Origin: Deinococcus radiodurans R1 = ATCC 13939 = DSM 20539
GTDB taxonomy: Bacteria; Deinococcota; Deinococci; Deinococcales; Deinococcaceae
Length of the DNA: 32,000 nt
Direction of reading: 5' to 3'
Assembly: GCF_000008565.1 (NCBI RefSeq)
Contig: NC_001264.1
Span: 60,533-92,532, forward strand
Shown: positions 1-8,870 of the stretch, one piece after another
How the letters are laid out: each line of letters starts with the position of its first letter
How positions within the stretch are numbered: position 1 is the first letter of the stretch
Notes under the pieces: model-generated
Told to the model about the DNA's origin: nothing
Database searches by the model: none
Seen by the model: the letters and a program-made list of their open reading frames with translations, nothing else
Translations under genes and position numbers: made by a program

Positions 1-25
1 AGTTCAAGTCTCTCTGTCGCCACCA
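1..25 (+). tRNA. tRNA 3' end fragment (isotype not determinable)
   Basis: The window opens inside a tRNA. Visible parts are the T-loop TTCAAGT (3-9), T-stem 3' strand CTCTC (10-14), 7-nt acceptor 3' strand TGTCGCC (15-21), discriminator A (22) and encoded CCA (23-25). Confidence 0.6.
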
Positions 26-30
26 AGAAA

Positions 31-57
31 GACCCGCCTGGTGCGGGTCTTTTTGTT
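31..57 (+). terminator. rho-independent terminator after the tRNA
   Basis: Stem GACCCGC (31-37) pairs with GCGGGTC (43-49) around the loop CTGGT, followed by TTTTTGTT. Confidence 0.65.
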
Positions 58-98
58 ATGAAGTTTGCGAGCTGAGTACGGTGCAGGCAAAGAACCCC

Positions 99-587
99 TT
101 ACCCGCAGCTCCCAATCGCGCGGTAAGCGACCATGAAGCCTTTGACCGGGAAGGTTAGTGTCATTGAGGCCATGCCGTTGCGGTTGACGCGAACCACCAC
201 TTTCTTCTGGGTGCTGGCGAAGGTCCGGAAGAGTTCCGAGCTGTCGTACGAAAAATCGAGCACACTCAGATTGCCCGTCTTGTAATACTCGCGCAAGGTG
301 CCGTGAGCGTTTCGTAGACCTTGGTCGTCGGCGCGGAAGAAAAACAGCACCTTCTCACCCGCGCGGCTGCCCAGGCTCTCCTTGCTGTAAAAGCGGAAAG
401 TCGTCTTGCCGAGATCGCACACCAGGGCCATATAGGTCTTGCCGGTGGGGTCCTCGCTGGCGTCCACGAACACCATGCTGGCGTTGCCGTGGGTCAGGGC
501 GTCCTGAGCGAGTTTGTAGGACACCTGAGTGCCGGGAATGCTGCCCGCACTGGCAGAGGCGAAGAGGGCAGGGCAGGCGAACAGCAA
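99..587 (-). CDS. hypothetical protein, hydrophobic N-terminus (possible secreted protein or lipoprotein)
   Basis: 162-aa ORF with a TTG start 18 nt downstream of the TerD-HNH gene stop, on the same strand. The N-terminus LLFACPALFASASAG is signal-like. I recognise no family motif. Confidence 0.45.
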   Translation of the reverse strand: MLFACPALFASASAGSIPGTQVSYKLAQDALTHGNASMVFVDASEDPTGKTYMALVCDLGKTTFRFYSKESLGSRAGEKVLFFFRADDQGLRNAHGTLREYYKTGNLSVLDFSYDSSELFRTFASTQKKVVVRVNRNGMASMTLTFPVKGFMVAYRAIGSCG

Positions 588-605
588 AGTCTTTTTTATA
601 GGTTC

Positions 606-2345
606 CTAGATTCGGTTGCTCTTGGCCAGGTTGCAGCGTCGGCAGAGCAGTTGCAGGTTGCCGACGCTGCTCGCCCCGCCAAGGCTGTGGGGAATCACGT
701 GGTCAAACTCCAGATAATTGGTGTCGCCGCACTCCACACATTGGCCCTGATCGCGCTGCCACACCTCCAGTTTCACCTTCTGTGGAATGCTGCGGCTGGC
801 CTTCTCGCCCTGCGGCATCAGCAGCAGGCGCTTGTGAATACGTACCAGGGCTTCGAGCGTCGCGGCCAGGATGAGCGGCTGAGGCACGTCATGGTAGGTG
901 CCGCTGCCTTTTTTCACGCCCAGTTCCAGATTGATGCCATCTGGTCGCTGTTCGACGCGGAGCACCTTACCGTACTGGATATTCCAGCCCCCTTCACCGC
1001 TGCCCACGAAGTGAAGTTGGCGGTTGGTAAGGACGATTCGCCCTGTGATGTCTCGGGTCCGGGTGGCGGTGACGTGTCGGAAAGTCGCCGGCATTTCGAG
1101 GTGCGCCACCTCGCCCGCGTCCAGAATCAGGGTGCTGTCGATGGTCGACAGGTGGCCTTGCCGCAGGCGGCTGACGGTCCGCAGTTCGGCCACTCGGGCG
1201 CGCAGCGGACGCACCATCGGGTCCGGCATTTGCAGCAGTCCGACCAAGCGCTCGAACACCTCTTCCTCCTGCTCGCTGACCGCTCCATCGGACTGTGCAA
1301 TGGCCAGCGTGCGTTCCAGCAGGGAGAGCGCTTCCGGGCGCACGAACTCCAGAGCCGCTCTGGCGTCCAGGCGTTCGCGGTCAACGGTGCGCTGCAAATC
1401 TTCCCATTCGCGCAGCTCCAGAATTCCGTCCGCACAGGCCGCCAGAAAGCGCGTGCGGAAGTTCTGTAAGCTCGCCGCTTCCTCCTGTGCACAGGACTTG
1501 CACAGGCCCTGGGCATTGAGTCGGGCGCCCAGTCCCGGTTTTCGCCCGCAGCGTTGGCAACTATTGCGCTCCCGCCAGGGGTCCAGCGGCGCGGAGGTCA
1601 GCGGCAACCACACTTCGGGTCCGGTCGGGGCGGGCTGACCGAAAAGGGTGGTGAGGGTGGAAAGGGTTGCTTCCCAGTCCACCGCCGGGGCCGCTGGAAC
1701 TGTCGCCCCTATAAGCGGCGCGTCTTCGGCCACTTCGCCGCCGAACGATTGCAGCAGGGCCGCCAGTCCGCCGCTGAAGCCCTGAGCCACGCCCGCCACC
1801 CGCCACGCCCCCTGGTGACGGTACAGTTCCAGCAACATGACGGCCTGCTCGGTGCTGAACATGCCCGGCGTGAGCTCAAAGACGACTTCGCCGCCCTGAC
1901 CGTCCATCACCCGGCTGGTGCCGCTGCCCAGGTCGGCAAAGGTCTGGTCGTCACTGGTCGCGGCCAGCAGCAGACGGTGAATTCCCAGCGGCATCCGTTC
2001 CAGGTCCAGGGTAAATGTCTGCTGATTGAGGTCCAGGCGAATGGCCCCTTCCGGGCTGCTGGTCTGGTTGTAGAAGATGAAATACCGCTCGTCGGAGAGC
2101 TTGCGCTGCTCGTCCAGGCCGAAGACACTGATATCGACTTCTCCCATGCCCGCCAGCTCTGTCTGAAGCGTGAGCTGCGTGCCGCTGAGCACCTGCGCGA
2201 GCGGAAGGCGCTGACCTTTCTGAAGATGCTGAATCACTGTTCTTTTGCCTCCGGCGCCCATCGCCGCCAGCCATGCCGGGGCGTCCAGCGGCTCTCTGAC
2301 GCAACTTTTGTTTGACTGTCTTCCATCCCTAACCTGTGCACTCAA
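606..2345 (-). CDS. multidomain protein: TerD domain - zinc ribbon - TerB-like helical region - PH/GRAM-like domain - HNH endonuclease
   Basis: TerD-like N-terminus: LQKGQRLPL...DISVFGLDE...ERYFIFYNQ...FTLDLERMPLGIHRLLLAAT...GAWRVAGVAQGF. Zinc ribbon: CQRCG...CKSC. PH-like signature: GRIVLTNRQLHF. C-terminal HNH: CVECG...EFDHVIPHSLGG...NLQLLCRRCNLAK. An alternative start at Met29 is possible. Confidence 0.75.
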   Translation of the reverse strand: MSAQVRDGRQSNKSCVREPLDAPAWLAAMGAGGKRTVIQHLQKGQRLPLAQVLSGTQLTLQTELAGMGEVDISVFGLDEQRKLSDERYFIFYNQTSSPEGAIRLDLNQQTFTLDLERMPLGIHRLLLAATSDDQTFADLGSGTSRVMDGQGGEVVFELTPGMFSTEQAVMLLELYRHQGAWRVAGVAQGFSGGLAALLQSFGGEVAEDAPLIGATVPAAPAVDWEATLSTLTTLFGQPAPTGPEVWLPLTSAPLDPWRERNSCQRCGRKPGLGARLNAQGLCKSCAQEEAASLQNFRTRFLAACADGILELREWEDLQRTVDRERLDARAALEFVRPEALSLLERTLAIAQSDGAVSEQEEEVFERLVGLLQMPDPMVRPLRARVAELRTVSRLRQGHLSTIDSTLILDAGEVAHLEMPATFRHVTATRTRDITGRIVLTNRQLHFVGSGEGGWNIQYGKVLRVEQRPDGINLELGVKKGSGTYHDVPQPLILAATLEALVRIHKRLLLMPQGEKASRSIPQKVKLEVWQRDQGQCVECGDTNYLEFDHVIPHSLGGASSVGNLQLLCRRCNLAKSNRI

Positions 2346-2461
2346 CCATTCCCTGTCTTAGCCTTAGCCGATTCAGCGTCAAGAAGTTCGCTTCTATTGG
2401 AAACCGCTGTCAGAGAAGAAGAGGAGAACGGGAAGGCAGAGGGTCTTTTGCAGGACACACC

Positions 2462-2968
2462 TTACTTCACGCAGTAGTTGACCCAGGGAGCGGCGCCCGG
2501 CTGCCCGCTGCGTTGCAGGTGAACGGCGGTGAAAAAGTTGCCGTCCTTGGTCACACTCCGCACGAAAGTCGCGTCCAGCGGCCCAAAGCTCCTGATGGTG
2601 TTCCGCAGCAGCGTCTGGTTCTCACGGGTAAGCCAGGCGGCCACCGCGTTGCCACGCTCCGGGTTGATGTTGAAGCACTTGCTGGCAATGCGGGTCACGT
2701 TGGTGGCAAGCAGCTCGACCTCAGCGGCGCTCAGGCGGTCTTTGAAGGCAAAAACACCGACCCGGTTGAGCCGGCCCTGTGAGGTCTGGCCCATCGTGGC
2801 GACGCCGAGGGGAAGGTATTTGAGGTCACGAGCGCGCTTGCTGACCACAACGATGCCGTCTTCAACGCGGAGCTTGCCGCCGCTGCCCTGCATGTAGTCC
2901 TGGAGGGAGGTGGCGGCCTGGGCCGGACTCAGGGTGGCAAGGGCGAACAGCGGCAGCAATTTTTTCAT
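2462..2968 (-). CDS. secreted hypothetical protein
   Basis: 168-aa ORF with a classic signal peptide MKKLLPLFALATLSPAQA/A and a GGAGGA RBS 6 nt upstream of the ATG. Confidence 0.6.
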   Translation of the reverse strand: MKKLLPLFALATLSPAQAATSLQDYMQGSGGKLRVEDGIVVVSKRARDLKYLPLGVATMGQTSQGRLNRVGVFAFKDRLSAAEVELLATNVTRIASKCFNINPERGNAVAAWLTRENQTLLRNTIRSFGPLDATFVRSVTKDGNFFTAVHLQRSGQPGAAPWVNYCVK

Positions 2969-3289
2969 GGGTCGTTCCTCCGTCAGGGCGCGGAGACGGT
3001 CTTGCCGCCTTTAGACTTGTTGCAAGACATGGACTCTTCGCCTTTGACTTGTCGTGTACTTCGGCTTTAAAGCTTATCAAAGCGAAGTCGAGATTGAATC
3101 TGGAGGAATGATTTGCTGCCCGTCAGCTTCTATCTAGGTTCGCTCTAAGGTCAACAAAACCCACGACGAAGCTTGCGCGAACCTCCGCTCTCAATTTGCG
3201 CGGCGAGTGCTGCCGTCGGCGCGGAGACGAAAGATTGGAACTTGACACAGCATACGGCCCGTTTTGAGCGGGCTCACCGCGCACTGCTT

Positions 3290-3886
3290 TTACTCGTCCA
3301 TCGGAGGTGTCTCGCCCTGGGTCATCTCAGCCGTCTCTTCTTCCTTCGCCATACGCGCCACCACGCCCGCCAGCCAGTCGCGGTCGGCGCGGGTGAGGTG
3401 GTAGATACGGTCCAGGGCCAACCCGACCCCCGCCGTGCAGGGCAGGCGCATGGCTTCGTAGGCGGCCAGACGCTGCTCCAGTTCCTGCAAACGGGTCCGC
3501 AGCGCGGCCAGGGCCTCAGGCCGGGGCAGATGCTCGCTGAACATCACCGGGACATTGCCGGTCAGGATGAGGGGTTCCTCGGCGGCGAGCTGAGCGGCGA
3601 GCATGGCCTGAAACTTGTCCTGGCCGCCCGGGGTCAGGTGGTAGACCTTGCGGTTGGGCCGCTGGCCGTGCTGCTCCAGGCGGCTCGCGACCAGCCCGTG
3701 CTGCTCCAGCCGGTCGAGCAGTTGATAGGCCGTCGCCTTGTTGAGCCGGATGACGTTGTGCAGGGTATGCTCGATAAAGTCGTTGATCTCATAACCGTGC
3801 CGGTCCTGTTCGGTCAGCAACCCGAGCAGCAGCAGCACACGTTCGTCTTCCGGCAGCGGGGGAAGGGATGAAGATTCGGGTGACAT
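3290..3886 (-). CDS. PadR family transcriptional regulator
   Basis: The winged-helix segment LLLLGLLTEQDRHGYEINDFI...ATAYQLLDRLEQHGLV...KVYHLTPGG is typical of PadR. The gene is divergent from a hydrolase/MFS pair. Confidence 0.8.
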   Translation of the reverse strand: MSPESSSLPPLPEDERVLLLLGLLTEQDRHGYEINDFIEHTLHNVIRLNKATAYQLLDRLEQHGLVASRLEQHGQRPNRKVYHLTPGGQDKFQAMLAAQLAAEEPLILTGNVPVMFSEHLPRPEALAALRTRLQELEQRLAAYEAMRLPCTAGVGLALDRIYHLTRADRDWLAGVVARMAKEEETAEMTQGETPPMDE

Positions 3887-3901
3887 ATCCTCATTCTAAA
3901 T

Positions 3902-3917
3902 TAGTTAGTTTTGACTA
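3902..3917. promoter_or_regulatory. candidate PadR-type operator (TAGT-N8-ACTA)
   Basis: This inverted repeat is the only one in the AT-rich 67-bp divergent intergenic region, and it overlaps a TTGACT hexamer (3911-3916). It resembles the ATGT-N8-ACAT layout known for PadR operators. Confidence 0.25.
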
Positions 3918-3953
3918 TTGTGCTGGTGACTGATTTCAGAAGGAGATGATCCC

Positions 3954-4967
3954 ATGCAACGCCGACGTAACCGCCCCGCTTCTCGCCGCTCCTCTTCCAA
4001 ACGCCGCACTCTGTTTAGGGTCCTGGCCCTGGTCGGGGTGGCCGCCGCGCTCGTCGCCTGCGCTCCCGCTCTGCAACAGTCTCAGGCGGGCGGCGCCGCG
4101 ACCTCGCAGCTTCGCCCTGCCGTCAGCGGTGAGCAGCGGTTCCTGACCCTCCTCGGTTTCGGGCGCGTGGGCTACTACGCCGATACGCGCGGCAGTGGTC
4201 GCCCGCTGATTCTGACCCACGCCGTCAACGCCGCCGCGAGCGCCTACGAAGTCAAGCCGCTGTGGGACACCTACGCGGGCAAGCGTCCGGTGTACGCGCT
4301 GGAATGGCCCGGTTTCGGCCAGAGTGACCGTCCCGACGCCACCTACACCCCCGAGCTGATGTCGCAGGCGCTGCTCGCGCTGGTGGCCGAGCTGAATACC
4401 GACGTGGATGTGGTCGCCCTGTCGCTGGGCAGCGAATTTGCCGCCCGCGCCGCCTTGCAGGAACCGCGCATCCGCAGCCTCGTCCTCATCAGCCCCAGCG
4501 GTCTGGGTCAGCCCAAGGGGCCCTCGCAGCAGGCCACCTCTGACGACGGCGGCAAGGGCCTGTACAGCCGTCTGCGCCGCATTGACGACCTGCTCTACGG
4601 CACGTTGCGGACCCGGCCCAGCATCCACTACTTCCTCAGCCGCAGCTTCCGGGGGCCGGTGCCCGAAGAAGTCATCGACTACAGCATGGAAACGAGCCGG
4701 CAGCCGGGCGCCAAGTACGCGCCGGTGTACTTCGTGAGTGGCCGCCTCTTCGACCGCGACGGCTATCAGAACCTGTACCGCCCGCTCAAGACGCCCACGC
4801 TGGTGCTGTACGACCAAGACGGCTTCGTTTCGTTTGACCGCCTGCCGCTGTTTGCCCAGCAGCCGGGCGTGCGGGCCGCGCGTATCGCCGGTACCGACGG
4901 CCTGCCGCAGTGGGAAAAGCTGCCCGAGGTCAGGGCCGCCCTCGACGCCTTCTGGCAGGAGCAGTAA
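3954..4967 (+). CDS. alpha/beta hydrolase (secreted or lipoprotein)
   Basis: Signal/lipobox-like [13 protein letters not shown], an oxyanion region LILTHAV, and a nucleophile elbow [10 protein letters not shown]. The RBS GAAGGAG precedes the ATG. Confidence 0.75.
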   Translation: MQRRRNRPASRRSSSKRRTLFRVLALVGVAAALVACAPALQQSQAGGAATSQLRPAVSGEQRFLTLLGFGRVGYYADTRGSGRPLILTHAVNAAASAYEVKPLWDTYAGKRPVYALEWPGFGQSDRPDATYTPELMSQALLALVAELNTDVDVVALSLGSEFAARAALQEPRIRSLVLISPSGLGQPKGPSQQATSDDGGKGLYSRLRRIDDLLYGTLRTRPSIHYFLSRSFRGPVPEEVIDYSMETSRQPGAKYAPVYFVSGRLFDRDGYQNLYRPLKTPTLVLYDQDGFVSFDRLPLFAQQPGVRAARIAGTDGLPQWEKLPEVRAALDAFWQEQ

Positions 4968-5072
4968 CATCCGCTTCACCGGGCGGGAGCGTTCCCCCAG
5001 AAGAAGGGGCGCTCCCGCCGTTTGTTTTCTTTCTTGCCCGGCCCCCGCGCGCCCTGACCCCCCGAGGACCCT

Positions 5073-7004
5073 ATGACCCAAGCGCCCACCCCGCGTCCCG
5101 CTGCTGACCCGGCCCACTACATCAACTACGCCGAGCTGCTCGACCTGCGGACCAAGAAGTTCATCGTCTTCGGCGTACTGCTGGCGCTCTTTCTCAGTGC
5201 CCTCGACCAGACCATCGTCTCGGCGGCGTTGCCCCGCATCGTCAGCGAACTCAACGGCCTGAACCTGTATTCGTGGGTGACGACCGCCTACCTGCTCTCA
5301 AGCGCCGCGCTGGTACCCATCTACGGCAAACTCTCCGACCTCTACGGGCGCAAGCCGGTGCTGGTGTTTGGCATCGTGGTGTTTTTGATCGGTAGCGCCC
5401 TGTGCGGTCTGAGCGGCGAACCCTTTCTCGGCAACCTCTTCGGCAGCCCGATGATGCAACTCGTCGTGTTTCGCGGGCTGCAAGGCATCGGCGCGGCGGC
5501 GCTCGCCACCGTCGCGTTCGCCATCGTCGCCGACCTTTTCGAGCCGCGTGAGCGGGCCAAATACCAGGGTCTCTTCGGCGCCGTATTCGGCCTTTCGAGT
5601 GTGGTCGGGCCACTGCTCGGCGGCTTTTTGACCGACCAGTTGTCGTGGCGCTGGGTGTTCTATGTCAACGTGCCCATCGGCCTCGTCGCGCTCGCCGTCA
5701 TCTTTGCCAGGATGCCCCGGCTCGCCAGCGGGCTGAGGGGCTCGGTGGATTATCTGGGCGCCGTGCTTATCGTCATCTTTACCGTGCCGCTGCTGCTCGC
5801 GCTCACCTGGGGCGCCGACGGCACGGCGGGCTGGACCGACGCGAAGATGCTCGGCTTGTTCGGCACCTCGCTCGCCGCGCTGCTGGCCTTCATCTTCTGG
5901 GAGCGGCGGCATGAGAGCCCCATCGTGCCACTGACGCTCTTTGCCGACCCGACCATCGCCTGGACGATGACCTCGCGCTTTTTGCTGGGGGCTGGGTTCC
6001 TCGGCGCGGTGCTGTTTCTGACGCTGTATCTGGTCAACGTGGCGGGCTTCAGCGCGACCGGCGCCGGGCTCGCCACGCTGCCGCTGACGCTGGGCTTCGT
6101 CATCGGTGCCCAGGGATCGGGCCTGCTCGCCGCCCGCAGCGGACACTACAAGTCGCTGCTCGTCGGCGCGTATGTGGTGGCGGTGCTCGCCTTCTGGTGG
6201 CTCTCCACGGTGCAGGTGGACACGCCCTACGGCCTGCTTGCCGCGCGCATGTTCCTGGTGGGCCTGGGGCTGGGGCCGTCGGTGTCGCTCTTTACGCTCG
6301 CCGCCCAGAACGCGGTGGCGCCTTATCAAATAGGGGTGGTGACCTCGGTGGGCACCTTTTTCCAGCAGCTCGGCGGAACCATCGGCATTGCCCTCTTCGG
6401 CGCCATTTTGACCAGCAGCCTCAGCAGCCAGCTCAGCACCAACCTGGCCGCCGTGGTTCGCGACGCGCCGCCGCAGCTTCAGGCGCAGCTCCAGCAGTTC
6501 AGTCCGCAGGGCGGGGCGCGGCGCTCGCAGGGCAGCTTCGACGTGCAAAAGACCAAAGCCCAGGCCGCAGCCAGCGTCGCCAGCGCCTTTGACCGGCAGA
6601 CGGCCATCATTGAAGCCGCCGTGCGGAGCGGTGACCCGGCGCGCCTGAGTGCCTTGCAGAGTGATACTCGCCTGAGCCCCGAGGTGCGCGCCAACCTAGG
6701 CCGCATTCCCGCCGCGGCCATTCGCTCGCCGCAGGGCCAGGAGCAGGTCATCAGCGGCCTGCGCCGGGGGATACAGCCCGCCCGGCAGGCCGCCATCCGG
6801 CAAACCAAAGACACCATTGACGCGGTGGGCTTCGCCATTCGCACCAGTTTCGCCCACGCCATCGCGCAGATTTTCCGCGCCGGCATCGGGGTGATGGTGC
6901 TCGCGCTGCTCGCGGTGCTGATGCTGCCTGACCGCCGCCTCGACCTGCGCCGCCCGGCTCCGGCAGCTCCACCCGTCAGCGAGGGGCCGCCCAGCGAGGG
7001 CTGA
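5073..7004 (+). CDS. MFS transporter, DHA2 (EmrB/QacA-like, 14-TMS) family
   Basis: Motifs LDQTIVSAALPRI and GKLSDLYGRKP are present. There are many hydrophobic spans and a long hydrophilic insert before the last TM segment. Confidence 0.85.
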   Translation: MTQAPTPRPAADPAHYINYAELLDLRTKKFIVFGVLLALFLSALDQTIVSAALPRIVSELNGLNLYSWVTTAYLLSSAALVPIYGKLSDLYGRKPVLVFGIVVFLIGSALCGLSGEPFLGNLFGSPMMQLVVFRGLQGIGAAALATVAFAIVADLFEPRERAKYQGLFGAVFGLSSVVGPLLGGFLTDQLSWRWVFYVNVPIGLVALAVIFARMPRLASGLRGSVDYLGAVLIVIFTVPLLLALTWGADGTAGWTDAKMLGLFGTSLAALLAFIFWERRHESPIVPLTLFADPTIAWTMTSRFLLGAGFLGAVLFLTLYLVNVAGFSATGAGLATLPLTLGFVIGAQGSGLLAARSGHYKSLLVGAYVVAVLAFWWLSTVQVDTPYGLLAARMFLVGLGLGPSVSLFTLAAQNAVAPYQIGVVTSVGTFFQQLGGTIGIALFGAILTSSLSSQLSTNLAAVVRDAPPQLQAQLQQFSPQGGARRSQGSFDVQKTKAQAAASVASAFDRQTAIIEAAVRSGDPARLSALQSDTRLSPEVRANLGRIPAAAIRSPQGQEQVISGLRRGIQPARQAAIRQTKDTIDAVGFAIRTSFAHAIAQIFRAGIGVMVLALLAVLMLPDRRLDLRRPAPAAPPVSEGPPSEG

Positions 7005-7069
7005 GGGGTTCAGCCGCACTGCAACCAAGAAGCCAGCACTGAGCGGCGGAGCGCACTACCCTGAGGGGG

Positions 7070-7702
7070 ATGAGCACTCCGCCGCTGTTGCGTCCCGTGC
7101 GCCCCGACGACGAGGCCGCCGTGAGCGCGGTCGCCTACGCCACCGGGTTTTTCGGGGCGAGCGCCGCCCGCTATTTTCCGGCCCGCGAACTGTTCGGGCG
7201 GCTGTGGGTCACGCCCTACCTGCGCGGAATGCCGCCGTGCGGTTTCGTGGCGCAGCTCGGCGGGCAGACGGTGGGCTACATCATCGGATCGCCGTCCTGG
7301 GACACCTACGCCCGCGCCCTGCGGCGCACCGTGCCTCACTCGCTGTGGGAAGCGTGGCCGGCGCCGCAGGAGGTGGTGCCCAGCCTGCGCTTCTTGCTGC
7401 GCTCGGCCCGCTACGCCCTGCCGCACGCAGACGCGGCGCGCTACCCGGCCCACTTGCACCTCAACCTGCTGCCCGAGGCGCGGGGGCACCACCTCGGCGA
7501 GCAACTGCTGCTCACCTATCTGGACGAACTGCGTCGGCGCGGGGCGTGTGGCGTGCAGCTTTCCACCACCGAGGAAAATGTCGCCGCCGTGCACCTGTAC
7601 CGCAAAGCCGGGTTCACGGTCCTGAGCGAAGCCCGCACGCCGCTCTGGACGCCCTGGCTGGGCCGCCCGACCCGGCAGCTGGTGATGGGCCGCATCCTGT
7701 AA
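7070..7702 (+). CDS. GNAT family N-acetyltransferase
   Basis: An acetyl-CoA binding-type segment RGHHLGEQLLLTYLDELRRRG is followed by AVHLYRKAGF. Confidence 0.7.
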   Translation: MSTPPLLRPVRPDDEAAVSAVAYATGFFGASAARYFPARELFGRLWVTPYLRGMPPCGFVAQLGGQTVGYIIGSPSWDTYARALRRTVPHSLWEAWPAPQEVVPSLRFLLRSARYALPHADAARYPAHLHLNLLPEARGHHLGEQLLLTYLDELRRRGACGVQLSTTEENVAAVHLYRKAGFTVLSEARTPLWTPWLGRPTRQLVMGRIL

Positions 7703-7721
7703 CGGCACTGGCCGGGGGGCT

Positions 7722-8774
7722 TCAGGGCTGAAGCACGCCAAACCCGCTGTCCTCGGGGCCGACCTCGCCCGGCGGGGTGGTTTCCTCGGCGGGGGTGGGG
7801 TGCTCGGGGAGCGGGGCGGGCGAGAGCAGCTCGTTTTCGCGCACGAACGCCCGCATGAAGCGGCCCATCACGCGGGTCTGGGTCTGGTAGGTGTTCACCG
7901 CGCTCAGCTTGACCTGCTCCTGCTCGGGGGTCAGCGCCACCTTCTGCCAGGGCAAGCGGGCGGCGCGCGGCGGAAGCGTGAGCCCCAGCGTGGGGTGCAG
8001 GCCTTTGGGCAGCGGCCACTCCACCCCGCCGTGCACGACCCAGAAGCGCAGCCGGTCTTCCTGCTGCCGCTCGCCCATCAGCCGCAGGGCGATGTAGGAG
8101 AGCGTGTGGTGGTCGGCGTGAAAGTCCTGCGGCGCCGGCGCCAGCACCACATCGGGCTGCACCCGGTCGAGCACGCGGCGCAGGTCGGTTTCCAGATTGC
8201 GCCCGGTGAAGGCGTGGCCGGGTGTCAGCGCGCCCGTCACGTACACCCGGCTCGCCTGGGTGCGAGGGGCAGTAAACGGCGTCGCGTAGTTGGTGGTGAA
8301 CAGCCGGAACAGCCCTCCGTCGGGGTAGCCGAGCATGAAGGTGTGGTCGGCAGGCACGCCCAGCACCGCCGCCGCCCGCTCGGCCTCGCCTGCCCGCGTT
8401 TGCCCGAGCGCCCGCATGTTGTGGGGACGCGGTACGAGCACATGCTCGGTCAGGGCCGCGTCGAATTCGAAGCCGTCGCCCGCCGTCATCCAGGCGATAA
8501 AGACCTCGGCGCCCGCCGCCCGCGCCTGCTGCACGGTGCCGCCGCAGCACAGCGTCTCGTCGTCCGGGTGCGGCGCGAGCAGCAGCACCCGCTGCCCGGC
8601 GCGGAAGGGAGGCGTGCCTGCCAGCCTGGCGACCTGCCGCTCACCCCCGAACCAGCGGGCGACCAGCGGCGAATTGATCCAGGCCGCCAGCCCCAGGCCC
8701 ACCACGGCAATGACCACCCACCACCACTGCGCCGACCACGCCCGGCTGCCACTCCACCAACGTCCCTGCGCCAT
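7722..8774 (-). CDS. PIG-L (LmbE-like) family deacetylase with N-terminal membrane anchor
   Basis: Signature LLLAPHPDDETLCCGGT, an N-terminal TM segment WWWVVIAVVGLGLAAWI, and the later histidine motif HADHH. Confidence 0.75.
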   Translation of the reverse strand: MAQGRWWSGSRAWSAQWWWVVIAVVGLGLAAWINSPLVARWFGGERQVARLAGTPPFRAGQRVLLLAPHPDDETLCCGGTVQQARAAGAEVFIAWMTAGDGFEFDAALTEHVLVPRPHNMRALGQTRAGEAERAAAVLGVPADHTFMLGYPDGGLFRLFTTNYATPFTAPRTQASRVYVTGALTPGHAFTGRNLETDLRRVLDRVQPDVVLAPAPQDFHADHHTLSYIALRLMGERQQEDRLRFWVVHGGVEWPLPKGLHPTLGLTLPPRAARLPWQKVALTPEQEQVKLSAVNTYQTQTRVMGRFMRAFVRENELLSPAPLPEHPTPAEETTPPGEVGPEDSGFGVLQP

Positions 8775-8870
8775 CGCTCGCCTCCCCGGGGCAGCATAGC
8801 CGCAGCGGCGCCAGGGAACTGCCGGGCCGGGGAGGAGAAGGTGTTCGAGCCATCCGTTGGCCCCGTTTCC

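Noticed and set aside
1-3000. A tRNA-adjacent genomic island, or the tRNA as the prophage attachment site.
   Set aside because: I saw no integrase and no direct repeat of the tRNA 3' end downstream. The prophage starts about 18.7 kb away and is a transposable (Mu-type) element that does not use tRNA att sites.
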